A stretch of 63,760 nt of DNA, counting the filler, from Actinomycetota bacterium (GTDB lineage: Bacteria; Actinomycetota; CADDZG01; JAHWKV01; JAOPZY01): assembly GCA_025963875.1 (NCBI GenBank). It is 5 parts of 5 records of this genome, joined end to end, with 100 filler letters (N's around TTAATTAATTAA, not from the genome) between each part and the next. Parts side by side here need not be neighbours in the genome. Positions count along the whole stretch, not along the records: positions 1 to 31,718 come from JAOPZY010000148.1; 4 more parts are not named here. The stretch is one strand, 5' to 3'. The first letter of the stretch is position 1. Each line of letters begins with the position of its first letter. This document shows, piece by piece, positions 1 to 9,874 of this stretch. A model generated the notes under the pieces. It saw only the letters and a list, made by a program, of their open reading frames with translations. It did not search any database and had not been told where the DNA came from. Made by a program: the position numbers and the translations under genes.

Positions 1-67
1 CGTCCGTCTCCAGAGAGACTCCCTCCTTCACCCGCTCGTTCCCCGGGGGAGTAGCTCCCCGCACCCC

Positions 68-2236
68 CTATGGCACCACCGTGAAGACGGGGGCCTTCTC
101 CTCGACCTCCGCCTCCCCCTCGCCCCCAGCGACCAGCCCCACCGCCTTCTTCACCCTTGTGGCGATCTCGTCGCACACATCGGGGTGCTCGGCCAGGAAG
201 GCCTTGGCGTTCTCCCGGCCTTGCCCGATCTGATCGCCATCGAAAAGGTACCAGGACCCTGACTTCATGACGATCCCCCGCTCGGCCGCGGTGTCGAGCA
301 GCGACCCCTCCTTCGAGATGCCGTGACCGTACTGGATATCGAACTCCGCCTGACGGAAGGGGGCACTGACCTTGGACTTTACGACCTTTACCCGCACGCG
401 GGAACCGGTGACCTCCTGCCCGTTCTTGATGTTCTCGATCTTGCGGATGTCGAGCCGGACCGAGGCGTAGAACTTGAGCGCCCGCCCACCGGGGGTGGTT
501 TCGGGCGAGTTGTGCACCATGACCCCATCGACGAAGTAGTTGTGACTCCCCTCGACCTCGATGTCGAAACGGTGGGTGCTCCGGGTGGGAGGCTTGGGAG
601 CGATGGCCACGATCGGCAGCGGCATGAGCTCGTACCGAGGTGTGACGAACTGCGGCTCGATCCCGAACAGACCCCGCAGCCTCGGCAGCAGCTTGTACTG
701 CATGGAGGGGTGAATGTAGGGAGCGATGAGCTCGTGGAGCTTCCTCGTCTCCTCCTTCGGAAAGACGAAGACCGCCTTTCCGGCTCGGGACACAATCTGC
801 GGGCGAATCCCCCAGGTGTCGGACAGGTGGTCGGCGAGGCGTTGGCGCGTGCCCTCTTCCATCGCTTCGACGCAGATGTCCGCCCTGCCGCTGCCATCCC
901 GAGTCCGCTCCTGGACCCCTTTCGCTCGTAGGGTAAAACCCCCGTCGTCCATGTACCAGAGCCCGATGGAGAGCGGAGTCAGCTTCTTCAGGTAGTCGTA
1001 GCTGAGGACCTTCTTGCCTCCCACATAGACGGCTCGTCGCAACTCGGCGAGCTCGGGTAGGGGCGGCAGGTCGTAGAAGACGGCGCCTTTGGCGTTGGTG
1101 GACCGGCTGGCGCCGATGTTGGCGAACAGCGAGGCCTTCCAGTCGCAGTACGAGGTTTGTGCCTCGCAGTGGCCCCAACGCAGGCGGGCACCGTGGCCGC
1201 TCCTGGTCGGGGAGATGGCGCCGTCGCCCATAAGGGTCCCGAGGGTGACCTCCCACTGGAGCGGAGAGAGCCGGTGCTCGACCGCTTGCAGCACCCGGTC
1301 GCCGACGGCCAGTTCCTGCGCCTCACGCCAGCCACCAGGCGTCCGGATCTGGTGGTTGGGAGTGCAGCCGAACTGCGCCTTTCCATTGCCCCCGGGCCTG
1401 GCGACCGTGAACTGGAGGAACCCTTCCGTCCGGCCATTGTCAAACCAGCTCACCACCTTCTTCGGCACGACCGCGCCCAGTTCGGGATCGTAGGAGAGAA
1501 CTTCTACGGGGAGTTTCTGGTTGACGATCTTGCCGATCTTCTCCTTCGTCCCATCCGCAAGAGTGATTTTAGAGGCATAATGGACACATCCGAACATAAC
1601 GCCTATCTTTTCCCGGAGCTGGTTGATGAAGATGATCATGGCGTTGGAGCGGGCCACGTTGCCCGCCAGCTTCCGGAGGGCCTGGCTCATCAGGCGGGCC
1701 TGGAGCCCCACGTGGGTGTCGCCCATCTCGCCCTCGATCTCGGCCCTCGGCACCAGGGCGGCCACCGAGTCGACGACGATGATGTCCACGGCCCCCGAGC
1801 GAATGAGCATGTCGGCGATCTCCAGCGCCTGCTCCCCCGTGTCGGGCTGCGAGACGAGCAGCTCGTCGACGTTGACGCCGAGGTTCCGGGCGTAGACGAC
1901 GTCGAGCGCATGCTCGGCGTCGATGAAGGCGGCGATCCCGCCGAGCTTCTGGGCCTCGGCGACGGCGTGGAGGCAGAGGGAGGTCTTGCCGCTCGACTCC
2001 GGGCCGTAGATCTCGATGATCCGGCCCCGGGGCAGTCCCCCGATACCGAGGGCGATGTCGAGCCCGAGCGCCCCGGTGGGGATGGCGTCGACGCCGACGG
2101 CGGTATTGTCGCCCAGCCGCATGATGGAGCCCTTGCCGAAGTGCTTCTCGATCTGGGAGAGGGCCATGTCCAGGGCCTTCTCCCGCTCGCTGCCCCGGCT
2201 CTGCCCGTTGGCCGGTGCGCTGCGATCTATTGCCAT
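68..2236 (-). CDS. recA: Recombinase A precursor containing an intein (722 aa; 362 aa mature)
   Basis: GPESSGKT Walker [31 protein letters not shown]|...|[20 protein letters not shown]. Confidence 0.99.
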   Translation of the reverse strand: MAIDRSAPANGQSRGSEREKALDMALSQIEKHFGKGSIMRLGDNTAVGVDAIPTGALGLDIALGIGGLPRGRIIEIYGPESSGKTSLCLHAVAEAQKLGGIAAFIDAEHALDVVYARNLGVNVDELLVSQPDTGEQALEIADMLIRSGAVDIIVVDSVAALVPRAEIEGEMGDTHVGLQARLMSQALRKLAGNVARSNAMIIFINQLREKIGVMFGCVHYASKITLADGTKEKIGKIVNQKLPVEVLSYDPELGAVVPKKVVSWFDNGRTEGFLQFTVARPGGNGKAQFGCTPNHQIRTPGGWREAQELAVGDRVLQAVEHRLSPLQWEVTLGTLMGDGAISPTRSGHGARLRWGHCEAQTSYCDWKASLFANIGASRSTNAKGAVFYDLPPLPELAELRRAVYVGGKKVLSYDYLKKLTPLSIGLWYMDDGGFTLRAKGVQERTRDGSGRADICVEAMEEGTRQRLADHLSDTWGIRPQIVSRAGKAVFVFPKEETRKLHELIAPYIHPSMQYKLLPRLRGLFGIEPQFVTPRYELMPLPIVAIAPKPPTRSTHRFDIEVEGSHNYFVDGVMVHNSPETTPGGRALKFYASVRLDIRKIENIKNGQEVTGSRVRVKVVKSKVSAPFRQAEFDIQYGHGISKEGSLLDTAAERGIVMKSGSWYLFDGDQIGQGRENAKAFLAEHPDVCDEIATRVKKAVGLVAGGEGEAEVEEKAPVFTVVP
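509..1588 (-). mobile_element. RecA intein with LAGLIDADG homing endonuclease (360 aa)
   Basis: Starts at Cys after KIGVMFG; block B TPNH; ends VMVHN before Ser+1; two dodecapeptides ([22 protein letters not shown]). Confidence 0.97.
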
Positions 2237-2318
2237 CCCTGCCTCCTTGGTCCAGTCTTGTGATGTCTGTCAGGTTGTACCTGAGTCCTGACGAGCCTTC
2301 TCGCTGGGACCTGCAAAG

Positions 2319-2340
2319 AGCTTAGCGAGAGGTACCGACA
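2319..2340 (-). promoter_or_regulatory. RecA-NDp (PafBC-type) promoter of recA
   Basis: TGTCGG-TACCTCTCGC-TAAGCT matches TGTCGG-N10-TANNNT exactly. Confidence 0.85.
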
Positions 2341-2351
2341 AAACTGGCCTA

Positions 2352-2380
2352 AAAATAGACCGAACGCACGTTCGATACAA
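2352..2380 (-). promoter_or_regulatory. LexA-repressed sigma70 promoter with SOS (Cheo) box
   Basis: CGAAC-GCAC-GTTCG at 2361-2374 lies in the 17-bp spacer of TTGTAT-N17-TATTTT on the minus strand. Confidence 0.85.
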
Positions 2381-2432
2381 GTATTTGTGGCCGGGACTTA
2401 CGGGTCTGTGCTTACGTGCGTGTGATTATAGG

Positions 2433-2984
2433 TCAGATCGACCGTCCCAGCTGGAATCTGGCCAGGGGCTCGTAGACGGCCCCACCGGCCTTCAGGTGGG
2501 AGCGGAACAGGACGATCTCCCCCACCTCGAAGGGCCGCTCGTCGAGGCGGATGCGATCCGGTTCCAGCGCAACCGGGGCGGGGACCTTGAACCGGGCGAG
2601 GGTGAGGTGCGGGGTCCAGGGCCGGCCCTCGGCGGGGAACCCCAGCGGCATGAACCCGTCCTCCAGCGTGCGGGCAAGGGCGCCGAGCACGCCCCCGGCG
2701 TCGTCGAGCCCGACCCAGAGGACCCGCGCCCGGCGGAAGCCCGGGAACGCCCCGATGCCGCCCAGGCTCGTCCGAGCCGGCTGCGAGGCGGACGCCGCCT
2801 GCTCGACGACGCCGGTCACCTCGGAGAGGCGCTCCTCCGGGGTGGCACCGAGGAACTTGAGCGTGACGTGCCAGGACTGCCGGGACGTCCACCGGGCCCC
2901 CGGGACCGTAAGAGGGGCGATTGCCTCCTCCACCGAGTCCTTCTGCGCCTCGGGGACATCGAAGGCGACGAACAGGCGCAGCAT
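2433..2984 (-). CDS. thpR: RNA 2',3'-cyclic phosphodiesterase (2H family)
   Basis: RLFVA start, HVTLKFLG and PHLTLAR 2H motifs; lies between cinA and recA. Confidence 0.93.
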   Translation of the reverse strand: MLRLFVAFDVPEAQKDSVEEAIAPLTVPGARWTSRQSWHVTLKFLGATPEERLSEVTGVVEQAASASQPARTSLGGIGAFPGFRRARVLWVGLDDAGGVLGALARTLEDGFMPLGFPAEGRPWTPHLTLARFKVPAPVALEPDRIRLDERPFEVGEIVLFRSHLKAGGAVYEPLARFQLGRSI

Positions 2985-4204
2985 CAGCCGAGGCCGGGGT
3001 CACCGAGCAGCCACAGCCGGAGCCGGTTGAGGGCATAGGTGCAGGTCCGCCGGCGGATCATCTCCCTGCCGCCTCCCATCCCGAACGTCCAGGCCGCGTC
3101 GCCGCCCTCCCACGACAGCCCCACGCACACCCGCCCGACCGCAGCTTCCGCAGGTGACGGCCCCGCCTCGCCGGTGGTCGAGAGCGCCACGTCCGCCTCC
3201 GCCCGTGCCCGGGCGCCGAGCGCCATCGCGACGGCGGTCTCGGTCGAGACCAGGCCGTGGCGCTCGATCACGTCCGGCGGCACGCCGAGGTCACGGATCT
3301 TCGCCCGGGCTGAGTAGGCGACGTAGCCGGCCACAAAGATGTCCGAGGCCCCCGGCACCCCGACGATCCGGGAGGCGAGCATGCCGCCGGTCAGCGACTC
3401 CGCCACCGCGAGGCGCAGGCCTCGCTGGCGGAGGAGGCCGGACACGACCCGCTCCAGGGTCGTGTCGCCCTCCCCGTAGACGAGGGATCCGAGCCGCGTG
3501 CGGACCTCCCGCTCCAGACCCGGCAGGCCGCCGGCATCCGAGGCGGGGGCGGTCAAGCACACCCGCACCTCTCCCTCCGACGCGTACACGCCGACGTTCG
3601 GCCCGATGACGCCGGCAAGGCGGTCCGCCAGGTCCGACTCCGGGATCCCGGCGGTGCGCAGCGTCCTGGTGACGATGGCCGAGCCCCCCGTCCGGACGGA
3701 CAGGTCCGGGAGGACGAAGCCCCGCATCATCGCCTCCATCTCGTCCGGGACGCCCGGCAGGACGTAGACCAGCCTGCCCTCGTCCTCCAGGAAGATGCCG
3801 GGGGCCGTGCCGACGGGGTTGTCGATGCTGACCGCGCCTGCGGGGACATCTGCCTGCTGGCGGTTCGACGGCGACATCGTCCTGCCCATGCGGGCGAAGC
3901 GCCGCTCCAGCCCCGCCACCAGTCCGGCGTCGCGTTCCAGCAGGCGGCCGGTGGCCGCCGACACGGCCTCCCGGGTCAGGTCGTCGTGGGTGGGGCCGAG
4001 GCCACCGCAGACGACGACGACGTCCGCCCGGCCGAGCGCCGCTCGCAGCACCCGCTCGATCTGGCCCACGTCGTCGCCGACCGCAGTCTGCAGCATCACC
4101 GGCACCCCGACGCCCGCGAGGGCCTCGGAGATGTACCTGGCGTTGGTGTTGGCGATCTGCCCGGCCAGGAGCTCCGACCCGACCGAGACGACCTCGGCGA
4201 TCAA
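2984..4204 (-). CDS. cinA: Competence/damage-inducible protein CinA (MoCF-binding-like + NMN deamidase)
   Basis: VGSELLAG, GGLGPTHDD, PGVPDEM, AESLTGG motifs. Confidence 0.95.
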   Translation of the reverse strand: MIAEVVSVGSELLAGQIANTNARYISEALAGVGVPVMLQTAVGDDVGQIERVLRAALGRADVVVVCGGLGPTHDDLTREAVSAATGRLLERDAGLVAGLERRFARMGRTMSPSNRQQADVPAGAVSIDNPVGTAPGIFLEDEGRLVYVLPGVPDEMEAMMRGFVLPDLSVRTGGSAIVTRTLRTAGIPESDLADRLAGVIGPNVGVYASEGEVRVCLTAPASDAGGLPGLEREVRTRLGSLVYGEGDTTLERVVSGLLRQRGLRLAVAESLTGGMLASRIVGVPGASDIFVAGYVAYSARAKIRDLGVPPDVIERHGLVSTETAVAMALGARARAEADVALSTTGEAGPSPAEAAVGRVCVGLSWEGGDAAWTFGMGGGREMIRRRTCTYALNRLRLWLLGDPGLG

Positions 4205-4223
4205 GCGCGCGTCAACTTGGGGG

Positions 4224-5126
4224 TCACAGCGGGGAGAGCGGGGTCTGGGTGGGCGAGGACGGAGTCGGGCTCGGGGCCGGCGGGGGCGGGCGCGGCGGGG
4301 GCGACCCGGACGGGTACACCACCGGGCCGTTGCGCTGGCCGGGCGGCGGCACCGTCGACGACGGATCCGGCGTGAGCGATGCGTCGCCCTTGGCGACGAT
4401 GTAGCTGCCGGACTGCCCGGCCGGTCCGAGGGGCCCGAGGTCCTTGCCGTTCAGGCTCACCCGCACCGCGCCGAGGTTGGAGATCTGCAGTTTCAGCAGG
4501 TCCACCGCCGAGAACGTCCTCGTCACGCCCCGCTGCATCGTCCCCTGGAAGGCGACGAGCTGCGGGATCGTGTTGCCGGCGACGACGCGCATCCAAGAGC
4601 TGGTCGTGGTCACCGACACCAGGACCTGCACGCCGTTGAAGCCCCCCGTCACGGTCGGCGTGGGGCTGGGGGCGGACACGGTCGGCGTTGGCGAGGGCGA
4701 CACCGGGACCGGCGGCGGCGCCGCGACGTTGCCGCCCCCACCCAGGAGGCTGAACAGCACCAGGACCAGGATGATCGCGATCGCCGCCGCCGCGGCCATC
4801 GCCCACTGCGGCTTGCGGGGCCGCTGGACCGGCATGCTCCGCTCGTTGCGGGTGGCGAGGCTCTCGGCAAGGGCGGGGGCCTCGGCGGCGCCGTAGATCC
4901 TGTCGTACTCCGCGGCGATCTCGCTGTCGTCCAGGCGCAGCCAGCGGGCATAGGACCGCAGCATCCCGACGACGTACACCCGCCCGGAGATGAACGTGAA
5001 CGAATCCCGCTCCATGGCCTCGAGGAAGTCCACCCTGACCCGCGTCGCCCGCGAGGCTTCGGTCAGGGATGCGGGGATGGCCTCCCTGGCCTGGCGTAAG
5101 CGTTCACCGATCGAGGTCTGGGACAT
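4224..5126 (-). CDS. rodZ: RodZ-like HTH membrane protein
   Basis: IGERLRQARE HTH_25, single TM segment, C-terminal DUF4115-like region (ISNLGAVRVSLNGKDLG); ATG at 5126 preferred. Confidence 0.8.
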   Translation of the reverse strand: MSQTSIGERLRQAREAIPASLTEASRATRVRVDFLEAMERDSFTFISGRVYVVGMLRSYARWLRLDDSEIAAEYDRIYGAAEAPALAESLATRNERSMPVQRPRKPQWAMAAAAAIAIILVLVLFSLLGGGGNVAAPPPVPVSPSPTPTVSAPSPTPTVTGGFNGVQVLVSVTTTSSWMRVVAGNTIPQLVAFQGTMQRGVTRTFSAVDLLKLQISNLGAVRVSLNGKDLGPLGPAGQSGSYIVAKGDASLTPDPSSTVPPPGQRNGPVVYPSGSPPPRPPPPAPSPTPSSPTQTPLSPL

Positions 5127-5193
5127 TGGCGGAGGGTGGGAAGGGGGATGAGGGGGGGCGAAACCGCTGCCCACCCGGATTATAGATTTGTCG

Positions 5194-5472
5194 CTACCTC
5201 ACGCTGAAACCCTGCTCGGTCCCCGGGTCCTCCCAGCTCACGTCCACCGAGCTCACCGCCGCTCCCCGAGGCCCGGTCCGCATCCATTCGAGCATGGACT
5301 CGACCACCCATTTCGGAGCCTCGAAGATCGCCTCGACCTGCCCGTCGGGCAGGTTGCGGACCCAGCCGGCGACGCCCTTGCTCCGGGCGAGGCGCGACGT
5401 CTCGGCCCGGAAGAACACGCCCTGCACCTGCCCGGAGACGAAGACGTGGGCACGGGCCTTTTCATGCCCCAA
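5194..5472 (-). CDS. acyP: Acylphosphatase
   Basis: SGQVQGVFFR and GWVRNLPDG motifs; TTG start at 5472 inferred. Confidence 0.9.
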   Translation of the reverse strand: MGHEKARAHVFVSGQVQGVFFRAETSRLARSKGVAGWVRNLPDGQVEAIFEAPKWVVESMLEWMRTGPRGAAVSSVDVSWEDPGTEQGFSVR

Positions 5473-5500
5473 AGGGGACCCCGACCTTGGCCACCGGGAG

Positions 5501-8083
5501 CTACCGCTCGATGTCGAAGTCGGGGTCGCCGGCACCAACCGGGTCGACGAAGTCCCCGGCTCTGTGCAGCACGGGGGGCGCCATCGACGGCGGGGCCTCG
5601 TACCTCCCCGCTGAGGGCGGACCCTGGGACGGCGCCACCTTGGGGTGGATCACCGCATCGGCGGCCTTCCGAGCTGCCTCCTCGTCCTGCCACTCCTCGA
5701 AGGTCATCAGGACGTCCCGGGGCTTCGACCCCTGCGACATCCCCACGACGCCCCGCTGCTCCAGCAGGTCCATGAGCCGCCCGGCCCGGGAGAAGCCGAC
5801 CTTGAGCTTGCGCTGGAGCATCGAGGTCGAGCCGAGCTGGGACCGCACGATGAGCTCCATCGCCTGGCGGAGCAGCTCCTCGTCCTCGTCGCTCTCCGAG
5901 CCTTCGGCACGTTGTGGGGCCTCGCTGACGATGCCCTCGACGTAGTCGACGTTGGGGCGCTGGCGCCGGCACCAGCCGATGACCGCCTCGACCTCCCGCT
6001 CGGCCACCCAGGCGCACTGGATCCGGCGGGGGCGGGGGGCCGAGGCGTGCTTGTAGAGCAGGTCGCCGTGGCCGATGAGGCGGTCGGCGCCCCCCTCGTC
6101 GAGGATGACCCGGCTGTCGGCGTAGCTCGCCGTGGCGAACGCCATCCGGGAGGGGATGTTGGCCTTGATCACACCCGTGACGACGTCCACGGAGGGCCGC
6201 TGGGTTGCGACGACGAGGTGGATGCCGACCGCCCTCGCCATCTGCGCGATGCGGCAGATGCATTCCTCGACGTCGCGCGGCGCCACCATCATGAGGTCGG
6301 CGAGCTCGTCCACGACGACGACGTAGTACGGGTACGGGCTCCTCGGCGTGCCGTCCTCGAACTCGGGCGCCAGGGCCCCGGACCGCACCGCCTCGTTGTA
6401 CATGTCGGAGTTGCGCATGCCGGCCATGGCGAGCACCTCGTAGCGCGCCTCCATCTCCTTCACGACCCAACCCAGGGCCTCGGCTGCCTTCTTCGGCGAG
6501 GTCACCACCGGCGTCAGCAGGTGGGGAACGCCGTTGTAGTGGGAGAGCTCCACCCGCTTGGGGTCGATGAGCAGGAGGCGCACCTGGTCGGGCCGGGCGC
6601 GGGCGAGGATCGACACGATCATGGCGTTGATGCAGGAGGACTTGCCGCTCCCGGTCGCCCCGGCGATGAGGACGTGGGGCATCTCGGCCAGGCTGACGCC
6701 CACCGCCGCGCCGGAGATGTCCTTGCCGAGCCCGACGATCGTGGGGTTGGGCATCTTCGCCACCTCGGGGGCCCGGAGGACGTCGCCGAGGGTCACGAGC
6801 TGGCGGTCGCGGTTGGGGACCTCGATGCCGATCGCCGAGCGCCCGGGGATCGGCGCAAGGATGCGCAGCTCCCCGGAGGCCAGGGCGTAGCGGATCTCGT
6901 TCTGGAGGCTCACGACCCGGTTCACCTTCACGCCCTCGCCGAGCTCGATCTCGTAGCGGGTGACCGTGGGGCCGGGCGTGTACCCGGTCACGGCGGCGTC
7001 GACGTTGAACTGCTTCAGCGTGGTGCGGAGGACGCTGATGGTCGCCTGGGTGGCGACCTCGGAGACCGAACCCGGCTCGCTGAGCGAGAGCAGCTCGAGC
7101 GGCGGCAGTTTGTACCCGCCCCCCGGAGCGGCGAAGGCCCCCGCTGGCAGCTTCAGCTGCTCGCGCCGTTCCGGCGCTGGGGGCTTCTTGGGCTCGTCGA
7201 TGCCGAGCTCCGGCACCACCCGCAGCGGGGCGGTCCGGATCCGCTCGACGACGGGGCCGAGCTCCTCTTCCTCGGCACCACCGTGGTCGGGCTCTGCGCC
7301 CTCGGGGCTGCCGCCGGCGCCATCCGGCCCGCGGCTCACCCACGCCATGACCCGGGGGGCCGCCCACCGGGAGGCTCGGGCGATGTCCCGGCCCGCCGCC
7401 GTGGCCGCATCCCACGTGGCGCTGCCGGTCTCCCGGCCGGCGACGCGCAGGGCGGCGACGACCTTGGAGAACGGGGTCCGGGTGGTGACCAGCATCCCCA
7501 GGCCCGCGAGGAGGAAGGCGAACGTGCCCGCCCCCCAGCCGGTGACGAGGCGCTCGAGCGGCCAGGCGACGCCGGCCCCGAGCGCGCCCCCGAACCTGCC
7601 GAGCTCCTCCACCCGCAGGCCCGCAGCGTCGTGGGCGAACAGCACCTGGCGGAGGGCGGCGAGGCCGACGAGGGTCAACAGCCCGCCGACCGCAACGCGG
7701 CCCGCCTCCTCGGTGCGGGAACGGATGACCTCCCCCGCGATCCAGGCCAGCAGGAACGGCAGCGCCGGGGCGGTCCAGCCGAGCAGCGCCCGGCAGAGCC
7801 ACGCCAGCCCCCGGCCCACCGGCCCCGCCGCCCCGGCGAACAGGCCGAGCGCGGCGATCACGGCGAAGAAGAGGAGGGCGGCGGCCGTGACGTCGTGGCG
7901 CTGGCGGTTGATGTGGCGCCCGATGGTCGCCGCCACCTTGGCGAAGGCGGGGGGTGCCTGGTTGCGGGCGGGGGCCGGCCGGCGTGCCGGGGCCTTGCGG
8001 CGGGCGGGGGCCGGCCGAGCCCGTGCGGGGGCGCGCTTGGCGGCGGGCCGCCGGGGGCGTTGCTTCGTGCCTGTTGGGCTCAT
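5501..8083 (-). CDS. ftsK: DNA translocase FtsK
   Basis: 4TM N-terminus, GATGSGKS, VVDELADLMM, ATQRPS, gamma domain (STSMLQRKLKVGFSRAGR). Confidence 0.97.
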   Translation of the reverse strand: MSPTGTKQRPRRPAAKRAPARARPAPARRKAPARRPAPARNQAPPAFAKVAATIGRHINRQRHDVTAAALLFFAVIAALGLFAGAAGPVGRGLAWLCRALLGWTAPALPFLLAWIAGEVIRSRTEEAGRVAVGGLLTLVGLAALRQVLFAHDAAGLRVEELGRFGGALGAGVAWPLERLVTGWGAGTFAFLLAGLGMLVTTRTPFSKVVAALRVAGRETGSATWDAATAAGRDIARASRWAAPRVMAWVSRGPDGAGGSPEGAEPDHGGAEEEELGPVVERIRTAPLRVVPELGIDEPKKPPAPERREQLKLPAGAFAAPGGGYKLPPLELLSLSEPGSVSEVATQATISVLRTTLKQFNVDAAVTGYTPGPTVTRYEIELGEGVKVNRVVSLQNEIRYALASGELRILAPIPGRSAIGIEVPNRDRQLVTLGDVLRAPEVAKMPNPTIVGLGKDISGAAVGVSLAEMPHVLIAGATGSGKSSCINAMIVSILARARPDQVRLLLIDPKRVELSHYNGVPHLLTPVVTSPKKAAEALGWVVKEMEARYEVLAMAGMRNSDMYNEAVRSGALAPEFEDGTPRSPYPYYVVVVDELADLMMVAPRDVEECICRIAQMARAVGIHLVVATQRPSVDVVTGVIKANIPSRMAFATASYADSRVILDEGGADRLIGHGDLLYKHASAPRPRRIQCAWVAEREVEAVIGWCRRQRPNVDYVEGIVSEAPQRAEGSESDEDEELLRQAMELIVRSQLGSTSMLQRKLKVGFSRAGRLMDLLEQRGVVGMSQGSKPRDVLMTFEEWQDEEAARKAADAVIHPKVAPSQGPPSAGRYEAPPSMAPPVLHRAGDFVDPVGAGDPDFDIER

Positions 8084-8088
8084 GAGCT

Positions 8089-9870
8089 TCAGACCTCCAC
8101 GACGACGGGCAAGATGATCGGGCGTCGCCCCGTCCGCGACCAGACGAACTTCCCTAGGGTTTTGCGGACATGACGGCGCAGCTCCGCCCAGTCGGCGAGC
8201 TCCTCCTGCGCGATCGCCTCGAGGGAGGCCCGCAGCGACGCCCGGGCCTCCTCGTAGAAGCCGCCGGCCTTGTCCTCGTAGACGAAGCCCCTCGAGATCA
8301 GCTCGGGCCCCGCCAGCAGGTTCCCCGTCGAGCGGTCGACGGTGAGGATGCAGACGAGGATCCCGTCCGCAGCCAGCAGGCGGCGGTCCCGGAGCACGAT
8401 GTCCTCGACGTCACCGATGCCGAGGCCGTCGACGAAGACGTAGCCCGCGCCGATGTTCTCCCCTTTGCGGAGCCGGCCCCTGCCCACCTCGACGGTGTCG
8501 CCGTCCTCGACGATCATCGTGCGGTCGACCGGGATGCCGGTCTCGTGGGCGATCTTGGCGTGCGCCTTCATCATCCGGTACTCGCCGTGCACCGGGATGA
8601 ACCACTTCGGCTTCACCAGGGAGAGCATGGTGCGGAGCTCCCCCGAGGCCGCGTGGCCGGAGACGTGCACGGCGTAGGCGGGCGGGGCGATGACCTCGAC
8701 GCCGATGCGCGACAGGCCGTCGATGACGCGCCGCACCGCCGACTCGTTGCCGGGGATGGGGTTGGCGGAGAAGACGACGGTGTCGTTCTCGGCGAGCTTG
8801 ATGTGCTTGTGCTCCCGCACGGCCATGAGGCTGAGCGCCGACAGGGGCTCGCCCTGGGACCCGGTGCAGACGATGATCACCTTGGCCGCCGGGTTCTTCC
8901 CGGCCTCGTCCACCGAGACCACGACCCCGGGCGGCACGTCGAGATAGCCGAGCTCGGAAGCGATCTGGACGTTGCGCACCATGCTGCGGCCGATGAAGGC
9001 GACGAGGCGGCCGGTCTCCCTGGCGGCGTTGAGGATCTGCTGGATGCGGTGGATGTTGGAGGCGAAGCAGGCGATGACCACCCGGCCCGCGGCGCGGCGG
9101 ACGACCTCCCGGACCGCCTCGCCGGCCGTGCGCTCCGAGGGCAGATGTCCCGGCACGAGGGCGTTGGTCGAGTCGGAGAGCATGAGGTCGATGCCCTCAC
9201 GGCCCACCTCGCCGAAGCCCGCGACGTCGGTCGCCTTGCCGTCGACGGGGGTCGGGTCGAGCTTCCAGTCGCCGGTGAAAAGGATCTTGGCCGCCGGCGT
9301 CGTGATGACCATCGCGACGCAGTCGGGGATCGAGTGCGCCACCTGCAGGAACCGCAGCCGGAACGGCCCGAGCGACAGGCGTCCCTGCGCCTTGATCTCC
9401 CGCATCCGGGTCGTGTCCAGCAGGCGGTGCTCCTCGAGCTTGCCCTTCAGCAGTCCCAGGGTGAGCTTGGTCCCGTAGATGGGCGGGTTGATGTCCTTCA
9501 GCAGGTAGGGGATCCCGCCGATGTGGTCCTCGTGGCCGTGGGTGAGCACGAGGCCCACCACTTGCTTGCGCCGCTCCCGCACGTACGTGAAGTCCGGGAG
9601 GACGAGGTCGACCCCCAGCATCTCCTCGGTGGGGAACATGAGCCCCGTGTCGACGATCAGGATCTTCTCGTCGTGCTCGAAGAGGGTCATGTTGCGGCCG
9701 ATCTCGCCCACGCCGCCCAGCCAGATGACCCGGGTGCGACCCGTGGCCGGCTTCCCGGCCCCTCCGCCGGAACCTCTAGCGCCCCCTCCGCCGGAACCTC
9801 GACCGCCACCCCTGCCCGCGCCCTTTCCGGCGGCCCGGCGGGTGGGCGGGCTTGCGGTTTCGACCGCCAT
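8089..9870 (-). CDS. rnj: Ribonuclease J
   Basis: LGGVGEIGRNM, THGHEDHIG, HVSGH, PVHGE; Gly-rich N-terminal extension. Confidence 0.97.
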   Translation of the reverse strand: MAVETASPPTRRAAGKGAGRGGGRGSGGGGARGSGGGAGKPATGRTRVIWLGGVGEIGRNMTLFEHDEKILIVDTGLMFPTEEMLGVDLVLPDFTYVRERRKQVVGLVLTHGHEDHIGGIPYLLKDINPPIYGTKLTLGLLKGKLEEHRLLDTTRMREIKAQGRLSLGPFRLRFLQVAHSIPDCVAMVITTPAAKILFTGDWKLDPTPVDGKATDVAGFGEVGREGIDLMLSDSTNALVPGHLPSERTAGEAVREVVRRAAGRVVIACFASNIHRIQQILNAARETGRLVAFIGRSMVRNVQIASELGYLDVPPGVVVSVDEAGKNPAAKVIIVCTGSQGEPLSALSLMAVREHKHIKLAENDTVVFSANPIPGNESAVRRVIDGLSRIGVEVIAPPAYAVHVSGHAASGELRTMLSLVKPKWFIPVHGEYRMMKAHAKIAHETGIPVDRTMIVEDGDTVEVGRGRLRKGENIGAGYVFVDGLGIGDVEDIVLRDRRLLAADGILVCILTVDRSTGNLLAGPELISRGFVYEDKAGGFYEEARASLRASLEAIAQEELADWAELRRHVRKTLGKFVWSRTGRRPIILPVVVEV

Positions 9871-9874
9871 CAGC

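Noticed and set aside
9760..9800. Direct repeat CCCTCCGCCGGAACCTC
   Set aside because: Coding duplication (RGSGGG) in the RNase J N-terminal extension
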